Origin: Candidatus Saccharimonadota bacterium
GTDB taxonomy: Bacteria; Patescibacteriota; Saccharimonadia; Saccharimonadales; Saccharimonadaceae
Assembly: GCA_001029695.1 (NCBI GenBank)
Contig: CP011211.1
Coordinates: 960,001-992,000, forward strand
Direction of reading: 5' to 3'
DNA length: 32,000 bases
Both the position numbers and the translations under genes were made by a program. Below are positions 31,923 through 32,000 of this stretch, piece after piece. The notes below the pieces were generated by a model, which had not been told where the DNA came from, ran no database searches, and saw only the letters and a list, made by a program, of their open reading frames with translations. The first letter of the stretch is position 1. Each line of letters opens with the position of its first letter.

Positions 31923-32000
31923 TTACGTTGTATCCTCGTTCCGTCGCTGATAAGCGACGGCTCTCCAGGAGAGGAGCGCGAATAAGAGGTACGTTGCGAC
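31923..32000 (-). CDS. 3' end of an unidentified gene (last 25 codons; remainder outside window)
   Basis: The minus-strand frame from the window edge reads VATYLLFALLSWRAVAYQRRNEDTT then TAA (31923-31925), immediately followed by the terminator. The fragment is too short to identify. Confidence 0.3.
   Translation of the reverse strand, partial: VATYLLFALLSWRAVAYQRRNEDTT

Noticed and set aside
1-32000. Full genetic-code reassignment of TGA (code 4 or 25)
   Set aside because: Roughly ten thousand codons of conserved genes (glyQS, ftsI, mraY, ftsW, murG, the ATPase) contain no in-frame TGA under standard translation. A reassigned genome would show many. Only the avoidance pattern and the single two-TGA frame remain noteworthy.
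1-32000. Search for CRISPR arrays, rRNA/tRNA genes, IS elements, integrases and toxin-antitoxin pairs
   Set aside because: I saw no regularly spaced repeats, no rRNA or tRNA signatures, no transposase or integrase motifs, and no convincing two-gene TA module by eye.

Overview
This 32-kb chromosomal segment has dense, mostly plus-strand coding. From gene content alone I infer a small-genome Patescibacteria/CPR (Saccharibacteria-like) bacterium: stand-alone type IV pilin genes, a stripped-down dcw cluster, compact housekeeping proteins, and a TraD/VirD4-like ATPase with a long disordered tail. No taxonomy can be proven from the sequence. Left part (1-9150): recO 3' end, glyQS, a small operon with two tandem CYTH-domain genes and a PNPOx-like gene, DUF427, rnhA, a large secreted C-terminally anchored protein, yaaA, and a clear SAM-I riboswitch in front of a compact metK. 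Middle (9250-16700): a low-GC gene resembling KwaB/DUF4868 of the Kiwa defence system but with no KwaA partner, a pilin, a Pif1-family helicase, an LssY-like membrane protein, a GH1 beta-glucosidase, yvcK, a HAD-like gene and a small membrane protein. Next comes a reduced dcw cluster (16946-25310): mraZ-rsmH-ftsL-ftsI-mraY-ftsW-murG-ftsQ. It is preceded by an inverted pair of perfect DnaA boxes and a three-repeat GTGGG MraZ-type operator, and interrupted by unusually long G-poor spacers. The cluster ends in a ~0.6-kb AT-rich ORF-poor island bracketed by a 26/27-nt direct repeat. Right part (26192-32000, minus strand): an operon encoding a sigma-70-region-4/HARE-HTH protein, a 1042-aa membrane-anchored TraD/VirD4-like P-loop ATPase and a 3-TM protein, then a second pilin. 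Two window-wide patterns stand out. Extended -10 elements (TGnTAnnnT) sit 6-9 nt upstream of many start codons, which suggests leaderless mRNAs. TGA is almost absent as a terminator (2 of 35 CDS), and one of those two genes stays open in frame through two TGA codons. I found no rRNA, tRNA, CRISPR array, transposase or integrase. All family assignments come from motif recognition by eye and were not checked against databases.
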